This document shows positions 35,715 through 44,016 of a stretch of DNA of 64,000 bases, one piece after another. The notes below the pieces were generated by a model. That model searched no databases and was not told where the DNA came from. It worked only from the letters and a program-made list of their open reading frames with translations. How positions within the stretch are numbered: the first letter of the stretch is position 1; every line of letters starts with the position of its first letter. A program made the position numbers and the translations under genes. Origin of the DNA: an uncultured Gammaproteobacteria bacterium (GTDB lineage Bacteria > Patescibacteriota > Microgenomatia > UBA1406 > HO2-37-13b); NCBI GenBank assembly GCA_964422025.1, contig CAYQYZ010000001.1:13410-77409 (forward strand), read 5' to 3'.

Positions 35715-36810
35715 TATTGTCATTAGCTACTTTTTTCAATACTTCTAATGTCTTACTCGCACATTTCTCCCAACTAAACTCTTTAACTCTCTGCTCACCC
35801 TTGGCCTTAAGAGATGTACGTAACTCTTTATTAGAGAGTACTTCGCCTATCTTGTTTGCCATATCCATTGTATCATTTGGATCAAAATATACACAAGCAT
35901 CACTGCAAATTTCAGGCAGGCTAGAGTTATTGGAAACAATCACGGGGCAGCCGGCACTCATTGCTTCCAAAGGAGGATTACCAAAACCTTCATACAACGA
36001 CGGAAGGACATATACTTGCGCGTGCTTATAAAGAGCGTTTTTCTCCGCGTTCGTAACATATCCAGAAAATATTACATCTTCTTGGAGGTGTAACTGAGTA
36101 ACCCGTGCAAAAATCTCATCATACAACCAGCCTTTCTTTCCTACAATGTAGAGCTTTAGATCGGTATGCTCTTTTTTAAGAATACTGAAAGCCTCAATAA
36201 GTTTAGCAACGTTCTTGCGAGGTTGAAGTGTGCCTACATACAACAGGTATGGATATGATGGTACTTTAAATTCTTTAAGAGCTTCGGTAGAGTTAGCCTG
36301 GTTAAACCCATTATGAATAACTTCAATTTTTTCTTCAGAAGTTTCGTAGAACTTAATAATATCTTTTTTTGTATTTTCAGATACAGAAATAACCTTTTGA
36401 GAGTGATTTAGAGCATAACTTGTCCAATTCTTTAATTTATATAAATCTTTTTTCAAGAACTCTTCAGGGAAATAAAAATAGGCAACATCATGAATCGCAA
36501 CAACCGTTTTAACTGAAGAAAATCGAGGAATATAGTGAGCTGGGCAAAATAACACATCCGGTTTTTTATGCGTTGCTAAATACGCTGGAAAAAATATTTG
36601 GCTCCACGCAACGTAACCGGGAATTACCACATATTTAAAATATTCATTTTGTTCTGGAAGATCCGAAAGAGGGGGCTTTCTCAAATAAATTACAAATCTA
36701 GTTTGCTCATTTGCGCTTTTATGAAACTCTTTTAGCAAGTTAAGCGTATACATTGAAACACCGACTCGTTCACTTACATTCGCTTCATTTCCATCAATTC
36801 CAATAGTCAT
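35695..36810 (-). CDS. glycosyltransferase, GT4 family
   Basis: YEGFGNPPLEAMSAGCPVI motif. Confidence 0.8.
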   Translation of the reverse strand: MTIGIDGNEANVSERVGVSMYTLNLLKEFHKSANEQTRFVIYLRKPPLSDLPEQNEYFKYVVIPGYVAWSQIFFPAYLATHKKPDVLFCPAHYIPRFSSVKTVVAIHDVAYFYFPEEFLKKDLYKLKNWTSYALNHSQKVISVSENTKKDIIKFYETSEEKIEVIHNGFNQANSTEALKEFKVPSYPYLLYVGTLQPRKNVAKLIEAFSILKKEHTDLKLYIVGKKGWLYDEIFARVTQLHLQEDVIFSGYVTNAEKNALYKHAQVYVLPSLYEGFGNPPLEAMSAGCPVIVSNNSSLPEICSDACVYFDPNDTMDMANKIGEVLSNKELRTSLKAKGEQRVKEFSWEKCASKTLEVLKKVANDNSDNLPG

Positions 36811-37877
36811 AGTTCAATTGCTTCTATAAAACTTTTGTAATAATTCCGTGCATTGAATCCCATTGTACGTTTCTTTCCAGCTTCGATCAATTTCTTTCGA
36901 GTCGTTTCATTCGACGCGACCTCTATGAGTTTTTTTTGTATATCTTCTACACTCGTTGGATCAAATTGTAGAGCCACTCCGTCACTGATCTCTTTCAGAG
37001 AAGACGTGCTAGATGTAGCCACCGGACAGCCTAGCGCCATGGCTTCTACAACCGGGAATCCAAAACCTTCATATAATGATGGATATACAAAGCAGAGCGC
37101 ATTTCTATAGAGCTCATACAAATCTTCGTCGGGCACAAATCCCAAGAGTTTTATCCGATTAGAATTGTGCATTTTTTGATCTCCCCATCCTGTTGGCCCT
37201 ACAATTAACAAATCTGTGTCCGAGAGATTGGCCGCCTCAAACGCTTCAATCAGACGTGAAATATTTTTACGCGGCTCTAACTTTCCAACAGAAAGAATGT
37301 ACTTTTTCGAAGGAATGACAAGGTCGGATTTTGGTAATGGATTTGGAATAGTAACTGCCGGGTAAAGTACTTTTATTTTGCTCTCTTGAATATTCAAAAG
37401 CCTTACAAGGTCATCTTTCGTTGCCTGAGAATCGGCAAGGATTAAATCTACTTCTTTTTTCACATACGCAAGTCGTCTTTTTTGTACCGCCAAAATCTTT
37501 TTATGGACAGTCTCAGGGTATCTCATAAACACTAAATCATGAACAACGGTAACCTTTTTTGCGCTACTCGGTGCTTGGGTCCAATCAGATGATATGTAAA
37601 CGTCTTGTTTTCCAATAAACTTCTCAATTGTATACACATGTGCCTGATTCCATAAAATATCAAGTGCAGCTGGAGGTAGTTTTGCGGTTACAAGAGAGTG
37701 TTTCTCCTTGATACGCTCCTCAAGATCGCCAGGGAGTGAGCGTCGCAAAGACGAAAAGAAAAATGCGTATTCATTTTTCGAATCATACTCCAAAATCGCA
37801 TCAATCATCGAATGTACATATCGAGCTACTCCAGTTCCTTCATATGCGACTTGTGAAATATCTATGCCGATTTTCAT
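36807..37877 (-). CDS. glycosyltransferase, GT4 family
   Basis: YEGFGFPVVEAMALGCPVA motif. Confidence 0.8.
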   Translation of the reverse strand: MKIGIDISQVAYEGTGVARYVHSMIDAILEYDSKNEYAFFFSSLRRSLPGDLEERIKEKHSLVTAKLPPAALDILWNQAHVYTIEKFIGKQDVYISSDWTQAPSSAKKVTVVHDLVFMRYPETVHKKILAVQKRRLAYVKKEVDLILADSQATKDDLVRLLNIQESKIKVLYPAVTIPNPLPKSDLVIPSKKYILSVGKLEPRKNISRLIEAFEAANLSDTDLLIVGPTGWGDQKMHNSNRIKLLGFVPDEDLYELYRNALCFVYPSLYEGFGFPVVEAMALGCPVATSSTSSLKEISDGVALQFDPTSVEDIQKKLIEVASNETTRKKLIEAGKKRTMGFNARNYYKSFIEAIEL

Positions 37878-39076
37878 GTGTGTTTTATTTGCTGATACAC
37901 TCGTTCTAATTTAGCAGCAATTTTTGGATAGGCGTATTGTTGTTCAACGAGCTTACGTGCGCTAGCGCGTATGGAGGAGAATAGGGCGGGGTCATTCAGA
38001 ATTTGTTTTGCTTTCATTGCAAACTCTGCTGGATTTTTTGCAATCATAACATTTTTACCATCTTCCACATCAAGTCCTGCCACTCCTGTCTTAGAGGATA
38101 TTACGGGTAATCCCGAAGCCATAGCGCCCAAGATTTTGAGTCGGGTACCCCCGGGGCCTTCGAGTGGCGCAATAAATATAAGTCCTTTTCCGTATGCCTC
38201 TTTTACTGCCGCAATACTTGTTTTTGGTAAATCTAAAATTTCAATACGTTCTCCTTCTAACTGAGAAATCTTTTCATTAGCATACTGGCCGGCAATAATG
38301 CACTTAGCCTCAGGAATTTCTTCAAGAATTTTCGGAAACACTTTTTTGGCCAAAATGTCAGCTCCTTCCACATTTTGTAACCAGGAAAAATTAGCAACAT
38401 ATAAAAAGGTAATATCAGTTTTGTTTATTTTCTTTGAATATAATTCCATTAAATCTTCGCCAGCAGCATTGGGAATAATTTCCACGGGAAGATTTGGAAT
38501 AAGTTTATGCATCTCAACTTTATCTTCTTGCGAAACAGCGCCTACGATAGATGCTTTTTGCCAATACGTTTTTTCCCAGTATTTAAGCTTCATAATATCG
38601 ATTTTAAGGAGAGTAGGGAGCAGCGGAATAGGTAGATTGTCAATGTAATGCTGATACACACGATATTCAATTGTTTGTTCGACGAGAAGAATGGGAACGT
38701 TTGTTTTGGGAATATGAGGCATTACGTAAAACGTCTCAGCATGAATTAAATCGATCTGTTCGCGTTTTAGCAGTTTTTCAACAACTACTCGTGCCTCTTC
38801 TGAATAATTGCGTACAACCACAAACGGTAAAAGTCCAAATACACTTTTAAAAACATTTTTTACGGTCCATGGAGTTTTTGACCTGCTGCATGCATGAATC
38901 TCTTTACAGTATTGTTTTAAATGCGCAATATGCTCTTTTTCAGTGTCTTGCTTAATAAGTCCGATCAGATAAATGTCGTGGTGCTTACTGAGTTCTTTAA
39001 TTAAATTATATGATCGAATTTGTCCACCTGACGACGGAGGGTACGGTAAGTACGGCGTTAGCATCAATATTTTCAT
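37874..39076 (-). CDS. glycosyltransferase, GT4-like (GT-B fold)
   Basis: N-terminal MLTPYLPYPPSSGGQIRSYN and C-terminal GGTRLKILGAMASGLPVIS. Confidence 0.75.
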   Translation of the reverse strand: MKILMLTPYLPYPPSSGGQIRSYNLIKELSKHHDIYLIGLIKQDTEKEHIAHLKQYCKEIHACSRSKTPWTVKNVFKSVFGLLPFVVVRNYSEEARVVVEKLLKREQIDLIHAETFYVMPHIPKTNVPILLVEQTIEYRVYQHYIDNLPIPLLPTLLKIDIMKLKYWEKTYWQKASIVGAVSQEDKVEMHKLIPNLPVEIIPNAAGEDLMELYSKKINKTDITFLYVANFSWLQNVEGADILAKKVFPKILEEIPEAKCIIAGQYANEKISQLEGERIEILDLPKTSIAAVKEAYGKGLIFIAPLEGPGGTRLKILGAMASGLPVISSKTGVAGLDVEDGKNVMIAKNPAEFAMKAKQILNDPALFSSIRASARKLVEQQYAYPKIAAKLERVYQQIKHT

Positions 39077-40533
39077 AGCTTGAAGATCGTGGCTTTATTA
39101 CTTTCAAAAACAACCGAAAAATCGGGTACTTTTTTGACTTCTACAATTACATCGGGTTTGTCAGTTACAAAATAATCCGCACCTCTTTTTCGTAGGTCAT
39201 GTAAATCTTGCGTCACTGCCGGATACCCTTTTCTATTTGCGTTGTAAAGAAGTGTCGTATCTCCAACGGTATCAGTTACGATAATTGCATCATCTTCCGT
39301 TATTAATTTAATCGCTTGGGCAGTGCTTACAAGACTATCTGAAATGTTGTAATAGTCTTTTACGCGTTCATATGAAAACAACCAGGATCCGGCAAAGATT
39401 ACGATTATTGAAGCAATTAGCATCGTTTGATTAGCGATCTTTTTACCCAGTTGCACAAAGAGCGAAACGCCAAGTCCTACAAAGATTGCTACAGCAGGTA
39501 AAATAACGACTTGATAATAATCGTGTTGCACGTTACCTCCCTGAAAGGTGAAAAGATATAGCAATGCGCTCAAACCAATCGCGTAAAACAATGCACTCTT
39601 AAGCGGTTTTTTAATGATTCCAGCCATAAAGAACACAATCATGTATCCACCCAGCAGTAAAATTAAAATTCGTTCAAAGAAAACCCATCGGAAAAAAGAT
39701 GGTCGGAAAAATATATTTTGTAGACCTCCACTCGTGTTAACTCCAAAAAACAGCCACTCGCTTGCTGGAATTCCTTCAGGAAACTGAGCAATAAATAATC
39801 TCCATGCAATCAGTGGAGCAACAGTTCCTAAGAAGTATCCATACAGTGGAATATGTGAAACGACGCTAAAACCATATTTTCGAAACATTAAGTAGGCAAT
39901 TGGTAAAAGGTAAAAAATGACCGTTGGTTTTGTAAGTAACCCACACATAACTAGAAGCATCGAGAGTAGAAGGAGAATGCCTGCGCTTACTGTTGACTTT
40001 GATGTGTTTTTTGCATATTTATACGCGCACAAAATTCCCATGAACATGAATGAAACAGCGGGTGCATCGGGCAATACGACACGAGAGTAATATACAAAAA
40101 ATGGGAATACTGCGTATGTAAAAGCTGCGGCAATGGCAGCTGTCTGGCTTTCTTCCTGATAAAGCAAATAGTAAATAATACTTATCGTAATCAAAGAAAA
40201 TAGTATAGTTACCAGTCGTCCATACTGCTCAACCGGCATGATAGGGAGCATTGAGTGCATGACTGCTATGATGCTCTGGTAAATTGGGAATTCCACATAC
40301 CGCAGCCCTTCAGGGTTGTACAAACCAGTCTGAACATTCGATAAATCATCGTAGCGAGGTTTTAATAAATCAATCCCGTCCTTGGAATAATTACGCGCAA
40401 CGGCGGCAGTGTCTGCCTGTCGCCATGAATGCCAGTCAGCAAGTGGAGAGGTAAACTTATACATGCGCAATACAAAAGCAAGCAATAGTATCGCTCCCAG
40501 AATAAGCGTATTTTTTTTTGAAAGAAAGTTCAT
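39073..40533 (-). CDS. polytopic glycosyltransferase, ArnT/PMT-like (GT39/GT83-type)
   Basis: 486 aa, more than 10 TM helices, with the first-loop motif DWHSWRQADTAAVARNY typical of this fold. Confidence 0.6.
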   Translation of the reverse strand: MNFLSKKNTLILGAILLLAFVLRMYKFTSPLADWHSWRQADTAAVARNYSKDGIDLLKPRYDDLSNVQTGLYNPEGLRYVEFPIYQSIIAVMHSMLPIMPVEQYGRLVTILFSLITISIIYYLLYQEESQTAAIAAAFTYAVFPFFVYYSRVVLPDAPAVSFMFMGILCAYKYAKNTSKSTVSAGILLLLSMLLVMCGLLTKPTVIFYLLPIAYLMFRKYGFSVVSHIPLYGYFLGTVAPLIAWRLFIAQFPEGIPASEWLFFGVNTSGGLQNIFFRPSFFRWVFFERILILLLGGYMIVFFMAGIIKKPLKSALFYAIGLSALLYLFTFQGGNVQHDYYQVVILPAVAIFVGLGVSLFVQLGKKIANQTMLIASIIVIFAGSWLFSYERVKDYYNISDSLVSTAQAIKLITEDDAIIVTDTVGDTTLLYNANRKGYPAVTQDLHDLRKRGADYFVTDKPDVIVEVKKVPDFSVVFESNKATIFKL

Positions 40534-40540
40534 AATAAAT

Positions 40541-40587
40541 TCAACCTCTTAGGTTGACTGTGCCTACTTAAGCCCGCAGGTTGTCCA
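40541..40587. repeat. 27-nt TCAACCT-NNN-AGGTTG family repeat, locus C (one full unit plus one degenerate unit)
   Basis: TCAACCTcttAGGTTGAcTGTGCCTAc + ttAAGCCCGCAGGTTgtcca. The degenerate unit encodes the last residues (DNLRA) and stop of the gene 40568-42052. Confidence 0.8.
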
Positions 40588-42052
40588 GTCGCCCAATAAA
40601 GATTCCCATGGTATACCAGAATATATACGCAACTTTGGAAGCTTCAAACACATCAATATACCCCGCGTTAATTAACATGCCTCCCATGCCAAACAAAAGT
40701 GCTTTAAATATAAACTGTTCGTTGTCTTCAAGCTTTGTAAGACTAAGTCGCACGTAATTTCCCATCGAATAAATAATAAACATGAATAGGCCAAATCCTA
40801 GCAACCCAAATTCTCCCAACCATCGCAGATAGTCATTATCTGTTGACTCGGTGATTGACGACGGCCCAGTGCCTAGCAAAGGATTCTTTAATAAGGCATT
40901 TATAGCTCGTGGCCATTCAACTTGCAAACGAGTTGCAAACGAGATGTCGGTGGCGACGGCAGACACTTCTTTATAATTTGCGGAATCTGTGGAACCTGGT
41001 ACATTTCCCAGACCACTCTTTGTTGCTTCTTTAATAGCTTCATTAATCGACTGTTGTTTAATTACAGCAGCTTCCGATGACTGTTTTCTGTCATTTATTT
41101 GTATAAATGATGTTCCTGCTGGTAATTCTTTACTACTAATCCGTTGCGACACAACAACTTGGCCCGTTTGCTCGTTTACTAGTATTTGTTTAATTTGGAA
41201 CGTTTTGAGCAAACGTTGTGTTAGCTCTTTTTGAGAATAAACCAGTGCCAATGAAAAAGCCAATACAATCGCAAAATGTCGATATTTTCTTACATACAGT
41301 AAAAATAGCGGAGTAGATACGATGTACGCCAAAAATGATGATCGAGATGCAGTGAGCATAAGAATAAATACGCCCATAACGAAGATGGCATACAGAGAAA
41401 AATGCAATAAAACTTTCTTCTTCGTTGCTAGGAAAGTGCCAAAGATTATTGGGAGTGTTAATACTAAAAACGCTGCTAAATCATAATGTCCCCCAAAAGT
41501 CGATGAAATACGAGCTTCGGGGGTAAGAAACAAAATGTGGCCCTTGGCAAATTCAGGGTTCATGGTAGAAACAGCGGGTAAATTAAAGAATCGTTGGCCA
41601 ATTCCATAAAAACAGACGAGCGCAAAAGAAACAATCAAGCTTCCCAAAAGCCAATTAAATTGTTTTCTGCTCCGCACCGCATTAACTGCAACAAAGAATA
41701 TGATCATGTATTCAACTCGGCGTGCAGCGTGTAAGAGTGCTAAATTATGATACGGCAGCGTTTTGGTAATAAAAATTCCACTCGCAACAGCTAAGAATAC
41801 AGTTCCCCAGAACAAAACAATTGGCTTGGTAAAGACTGGATGTAATGAGGCTTTTTTTCGAAGCAGTTGAATCACAAAAACTGCAGCTATAAATGCAACA
41901 TAAAAATCTTCCAATCGAATAGCGATGTATGTGTATGTTACAAAATGAAATGGAAGTTTTGGATATAACGGAATAATAAATACAAACGCAGTTAGCAGAA
42001 TGGTGAGTAAGTTATTATCAATTGTTTTTAACAATGCCGATAGCTTGCGCAT
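40568..42052 (-). CDS. O-antigen ligase/polymerase-like (Wzy_C-type) membrane protein
   Basis: 494 aa, many TM helices with one large extracytoplasmic loop, in a glycan-locus context. Family assignment is by architecture only. Confidence 0.5.
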   Translation of the reverse strand: MRKLSALLKTIDNNLLTILLTAFVFIIPLYPKLPFHFVTYTYIAIRLEDFYVAFIAAVFVIQLLRKKASLHPVFTKPIVLFWGTVFLAVASGIFITKTLPYHNLALLHAARRVEYMIIFFVAVNAVRSRKQFNWLLGSLIVSFALVCFYGIGQRFFNLPAVSTMNPEFAKGHILFLTPEARISSTFGGHYDLAAFLVLTLPIIFGTFLATKKKVLLHFSLYAIFVMGVFILMLTASRSSFLAYIVSTPLFLLYVRKYRHFAIVLAFSLALVYSQKELTQRLLKTFQIKQILVNEQTGQVVVSQRISSKELPAGTSFIQINDRKQSSEAAVIKQQSINEAIKEATKSGLGNVPGSTDSANYKEVSAVATDISFATRLQVEWPRAINALLKNPLLGTGPSSITESTDNDYLRWLGEFGLLGFGLFMFIIYSMGNYVRLSLTKLEDNEQFIFKALLFGMGGMLINAGYIDVFEASKVAYIFWYTMGIFIGRLDNLRA

Positions 42053-42959
42053 AGGTTTTTTTTAGGTAGTCATTGTTGGTGGCCATGCCAAGAACAATAC
42101 AAATGACTGCTTTAAATTGTAGCATAATCCGTAGAACTTGCAATTGCAAGCGGCTATTATGTTTTTTGTAAAAATATAAAAATCCTTTAAACACTTGAAT
42201 TATGGGCTCACTCCGGCCATTACTGGAAGCACTTCCCAAATGGATTATGCGCGAATTCGGGTAAAATCCGGTCAGTAAATCATGTTTTTTTGCTCGATAT
42301 AACAAGTCAATTTCTTCCATATACATAAATATGGCTTCATCAAATCCGCCCAATTTATCAAAATCACTCTTTTTACACATAAAACAGGCTCCCGAAACCC
42401 AATCTACTTTTTTGGTGAAGCGTGGTGAAAAACGGGTCAATCCGTAATAATCTCCCCGTAAGAATAGGGCTGCAAACACTACGGGTAGTGTATAAAAGTG
42501 TCCTGCCGACGCTTGTGGTGTTTTCCCATCTTTTTCAATAAGTTTTGGACCAACAAACGCGTATGTGTTTAGGTCACTGGTAAAAAAGGAATACAAGGAG
42601 CTTATACTGTCAACCCCGTCATTCTGAGGCAGTTGTCCGTCATCCTGAACTTGTTTCAGGATCTCAGTATCAGAGTTAAGAAAAAGAAGATGTTTCCCCG
42701 TCGCCTGTTTCACTGCCGCATTATTTCCCTTTGAAAATCCAAGGTTCTCTTTACTCTCGATTACTTTCATGGAGAGTGAGGAGTGCTGTTTCTTGAATTC
42801 CTGGAGCATGATAACCGAATCATCTTTGGAGTCATTATCTAAAACAATAACTTCATAGGTAAATGATGCATCTTTAAGTGATAAAGCAATACTTTCCAAG
42901 CAGCGTTTTGTAATCGCAGATGTGTTGAACGAGATGATTATTATAGAAAGATCAATCAT
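42018..42959 (-). CDS. glycosyltransferase, GT2 family, with a repeat-derived in-frame insert
   Basis: LSIIIISFNT, LDNDSKDDS, FLNSDT. Start at MIDLS (42959) is supported by TATACT-N6-ATG. The insert LKQVQDDGQLPQNDGV follows the DxD motif. Confidence 0.8.
   Translation of the reverse strand: MIDLSIIIISFNTSAITKRCLESIALSLKDASFTYEVIVLDNDSKDDSVIMLQEFKKQHSSLSMKVIESKENLGFSKGNNAAVKQATGKHLLFLNSDTEILKQVQDDGQLPQNDGVDSISSLYSFFTSDLNTYAFVGPKLIEKDGKTPQASAGHFYTLPVVFAALFLRGDYYGLTRFSPRFTKKVDWVSGACFMCKKSDFDKLGGFDEAIFMYMEEIDLLYRAKKHDLLTGFYPNSRIIHLGSASSNGRSEPIIQVFKGFLYFYKKHNSRLQLQVLRIMLQFKAVICIVLGMATNNDYLKKTYAQAIGIVKNN
42617..42667. repeat. GTCAT-N-CTGA hairpin repeat, half copy plus full copy inside the GT2 gene
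   Basis: CGTCATTCTGAGG (42617-42629) then CGTCATCCTGAACTTGTTTCAGGATCTCAG (42638-42667). Confidence 0.8.
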
Positions 42960-42971
42960 TAATTTAGTATA
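42960..42971 (-). promoter_or_regulatory. -10 hexamer 6 nt upstream of the GT2 start (leaderless-type)
   Basis: Minus strand reads TATACT-aaatta-ATG (start at 42959). Confidence 0.5.
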
Positions 42972-42974
42972 ACA

Positions 42975-43004
42975 GGTCATCCTGAGTGCGGTGAAGGATC
43001 TCAG
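42975..43004. repeat. GTCAT-N-CTGA hairpin repeat, intergenic copy
   Basis: GGTCATCCTGAGTGCGGTGAAGGATCTCAG, between divergent promoters. Confidence 0.8.
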
Positions 43005-43017
43005 CTTTCTATCTCTT

Positions 43018-43045
43018 TTGACACCTGATAAAAAAGGAGTATAAT
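43018..43045 (+). promoter_or_regulatory. sigma70-type promoter
   Basis: TTGACA (43018-43023), 16-nt spacer, TATAAT (43040-43045). Confidence 0.65.
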
Positions 43046-43046
43046 C

Positions 43047-43982
43047 GTGTCATTATATTGTTATAGCACTGAAATTATGACTTCAGCAGCAGAAGATGGG
43101 CGAAAAATTACAGAACAACCAGCAAGTGGCCATTTTGCTCGCATGGATTGGGCACGATCAGTAGTAGATTATTTGAAAGTCGATGAAGCAATTGCCGAAT
43201 CAACTCCAGTGGTAGCCGCATATCAACAAGAAGGAAGAGTCCAATTGGAAAAAGCTCTTGCACAAAGATTAATTGCAACTTTCGGACATGAAGACGCATT
43301 AGTCGTCTTGGGTCATACGTATGCACAGCATCGGACAGTTGAAGATGCAGATCATGCTAAGTCATTATTTGACCAAAGACATAGAGAACTTTATGGCGTA
43401 CGAGATCCAAAATCATATGAAATGATTGGTGAATTAAATATTGCTAGTATGTTAAGAGGTCATTTTTGGGTCGAACCAGATTTTGCACTTGACTATCCTT
43501 CAGATGCACAGCGCTGGGGAAAGGCAGTAGTAAAACATCAGCAATATGTGGGTACGGTGAGAAGTATTGTTGAAGCCGCTCATCCAATGCATCGAGCTAT
43601 TGCGGATTACGCCGCGCCCATAGCCCAACAAGTCGAGGAAGATTTAGATTATCAATTATTGGAACGCATGCAAGAGAATTTTGGTCCTATTACGCCTAAC
43701 GTCCTGAATACGCTCTACGGAGAATTTGAATCTGAGGAAGCAAGACAACAGGCAGAACAAGTGCTTTTGGCTGATTTATCTGAAAGCCCTTGGTCAAGCT
43801 CTGTCTATCGCACAATACTTGCTCAGCGCAGCGATAGTGGCCAAGTTGTAAATCCGTCTGAGGATCCAGATCGGGCGGGCGAACAGCTCCGTTTTCTTCT
43901 AAAAACCTACACTCCGGGTAAAATTAATCCAATCGGAGTAATATTTGAAGAGGAAAGTCGGGTTGCGAATTCTCTTCGATAA
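43047..43982 (+). CDS. hypothetical protein (Arg-rich acidic orphan)
   Basis: Intact 311-aa ORF. Because the -10 box ends at 43045, translation more likely starts at ATG 43077 (MTSAAEDG). No motif recognised. About 21 R vs 9 K by hand count. Confidence 0.55.
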   Translation: MSLYCYSTEIMTSAAEDGRKITEQPASGHFARMDWARSVVDYLKVDEAIAESTPVVAAYQQEGRVQLEKALAQRLIATFGHEDALVVLGHTYAQHRTVEDADHAKSLFDQRHRELYGVRDPKSYEMIGELNIASMLRGHFWVEPDFALDYPSDAQRWGKAVVKHQQYVGTVRSIVEAAHPMHRAIADYAAPIAQQVEEDLDYQLLERMQENFGPITPNVLNTLYGEFESEEARQQAEQVLLADLSESPWSSSVYRTILAQRSDSGQVVNPSEDPDRAGEQLRFLLKTYTPGKINPIGVIFEEESRVANSLR

Positions 43983-44000
43983 TGAGGGTAGATTATTTTC

Positions 44001-44009
44001 TGATATACT
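44001..44009 (+). promoter_or_regulatory. extended -10 element for glyQS
   Basis: TGaTATACT, 7 nt before ATG 44017. Confidence 0.45.
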
Positions 44010-44016
44010 TTCCTGT

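Noticed and set aside
35561-36031. Track ORF of 156 aa on the + strand spanning the repeat array. Many similar antisense or overlapping track ORFs exist, e.g. 1117-1401(-), 4373-4768(+), 18551-18964(+), 31171-31602(+), 38298-38648(+) and 52346-52711(-).
   Set aside because: All lie inside, or antisense to, long ORFs with clear conserved-family motifs. Their translations are low-complexity or unlike any family. They were treated as shadow ORFs.
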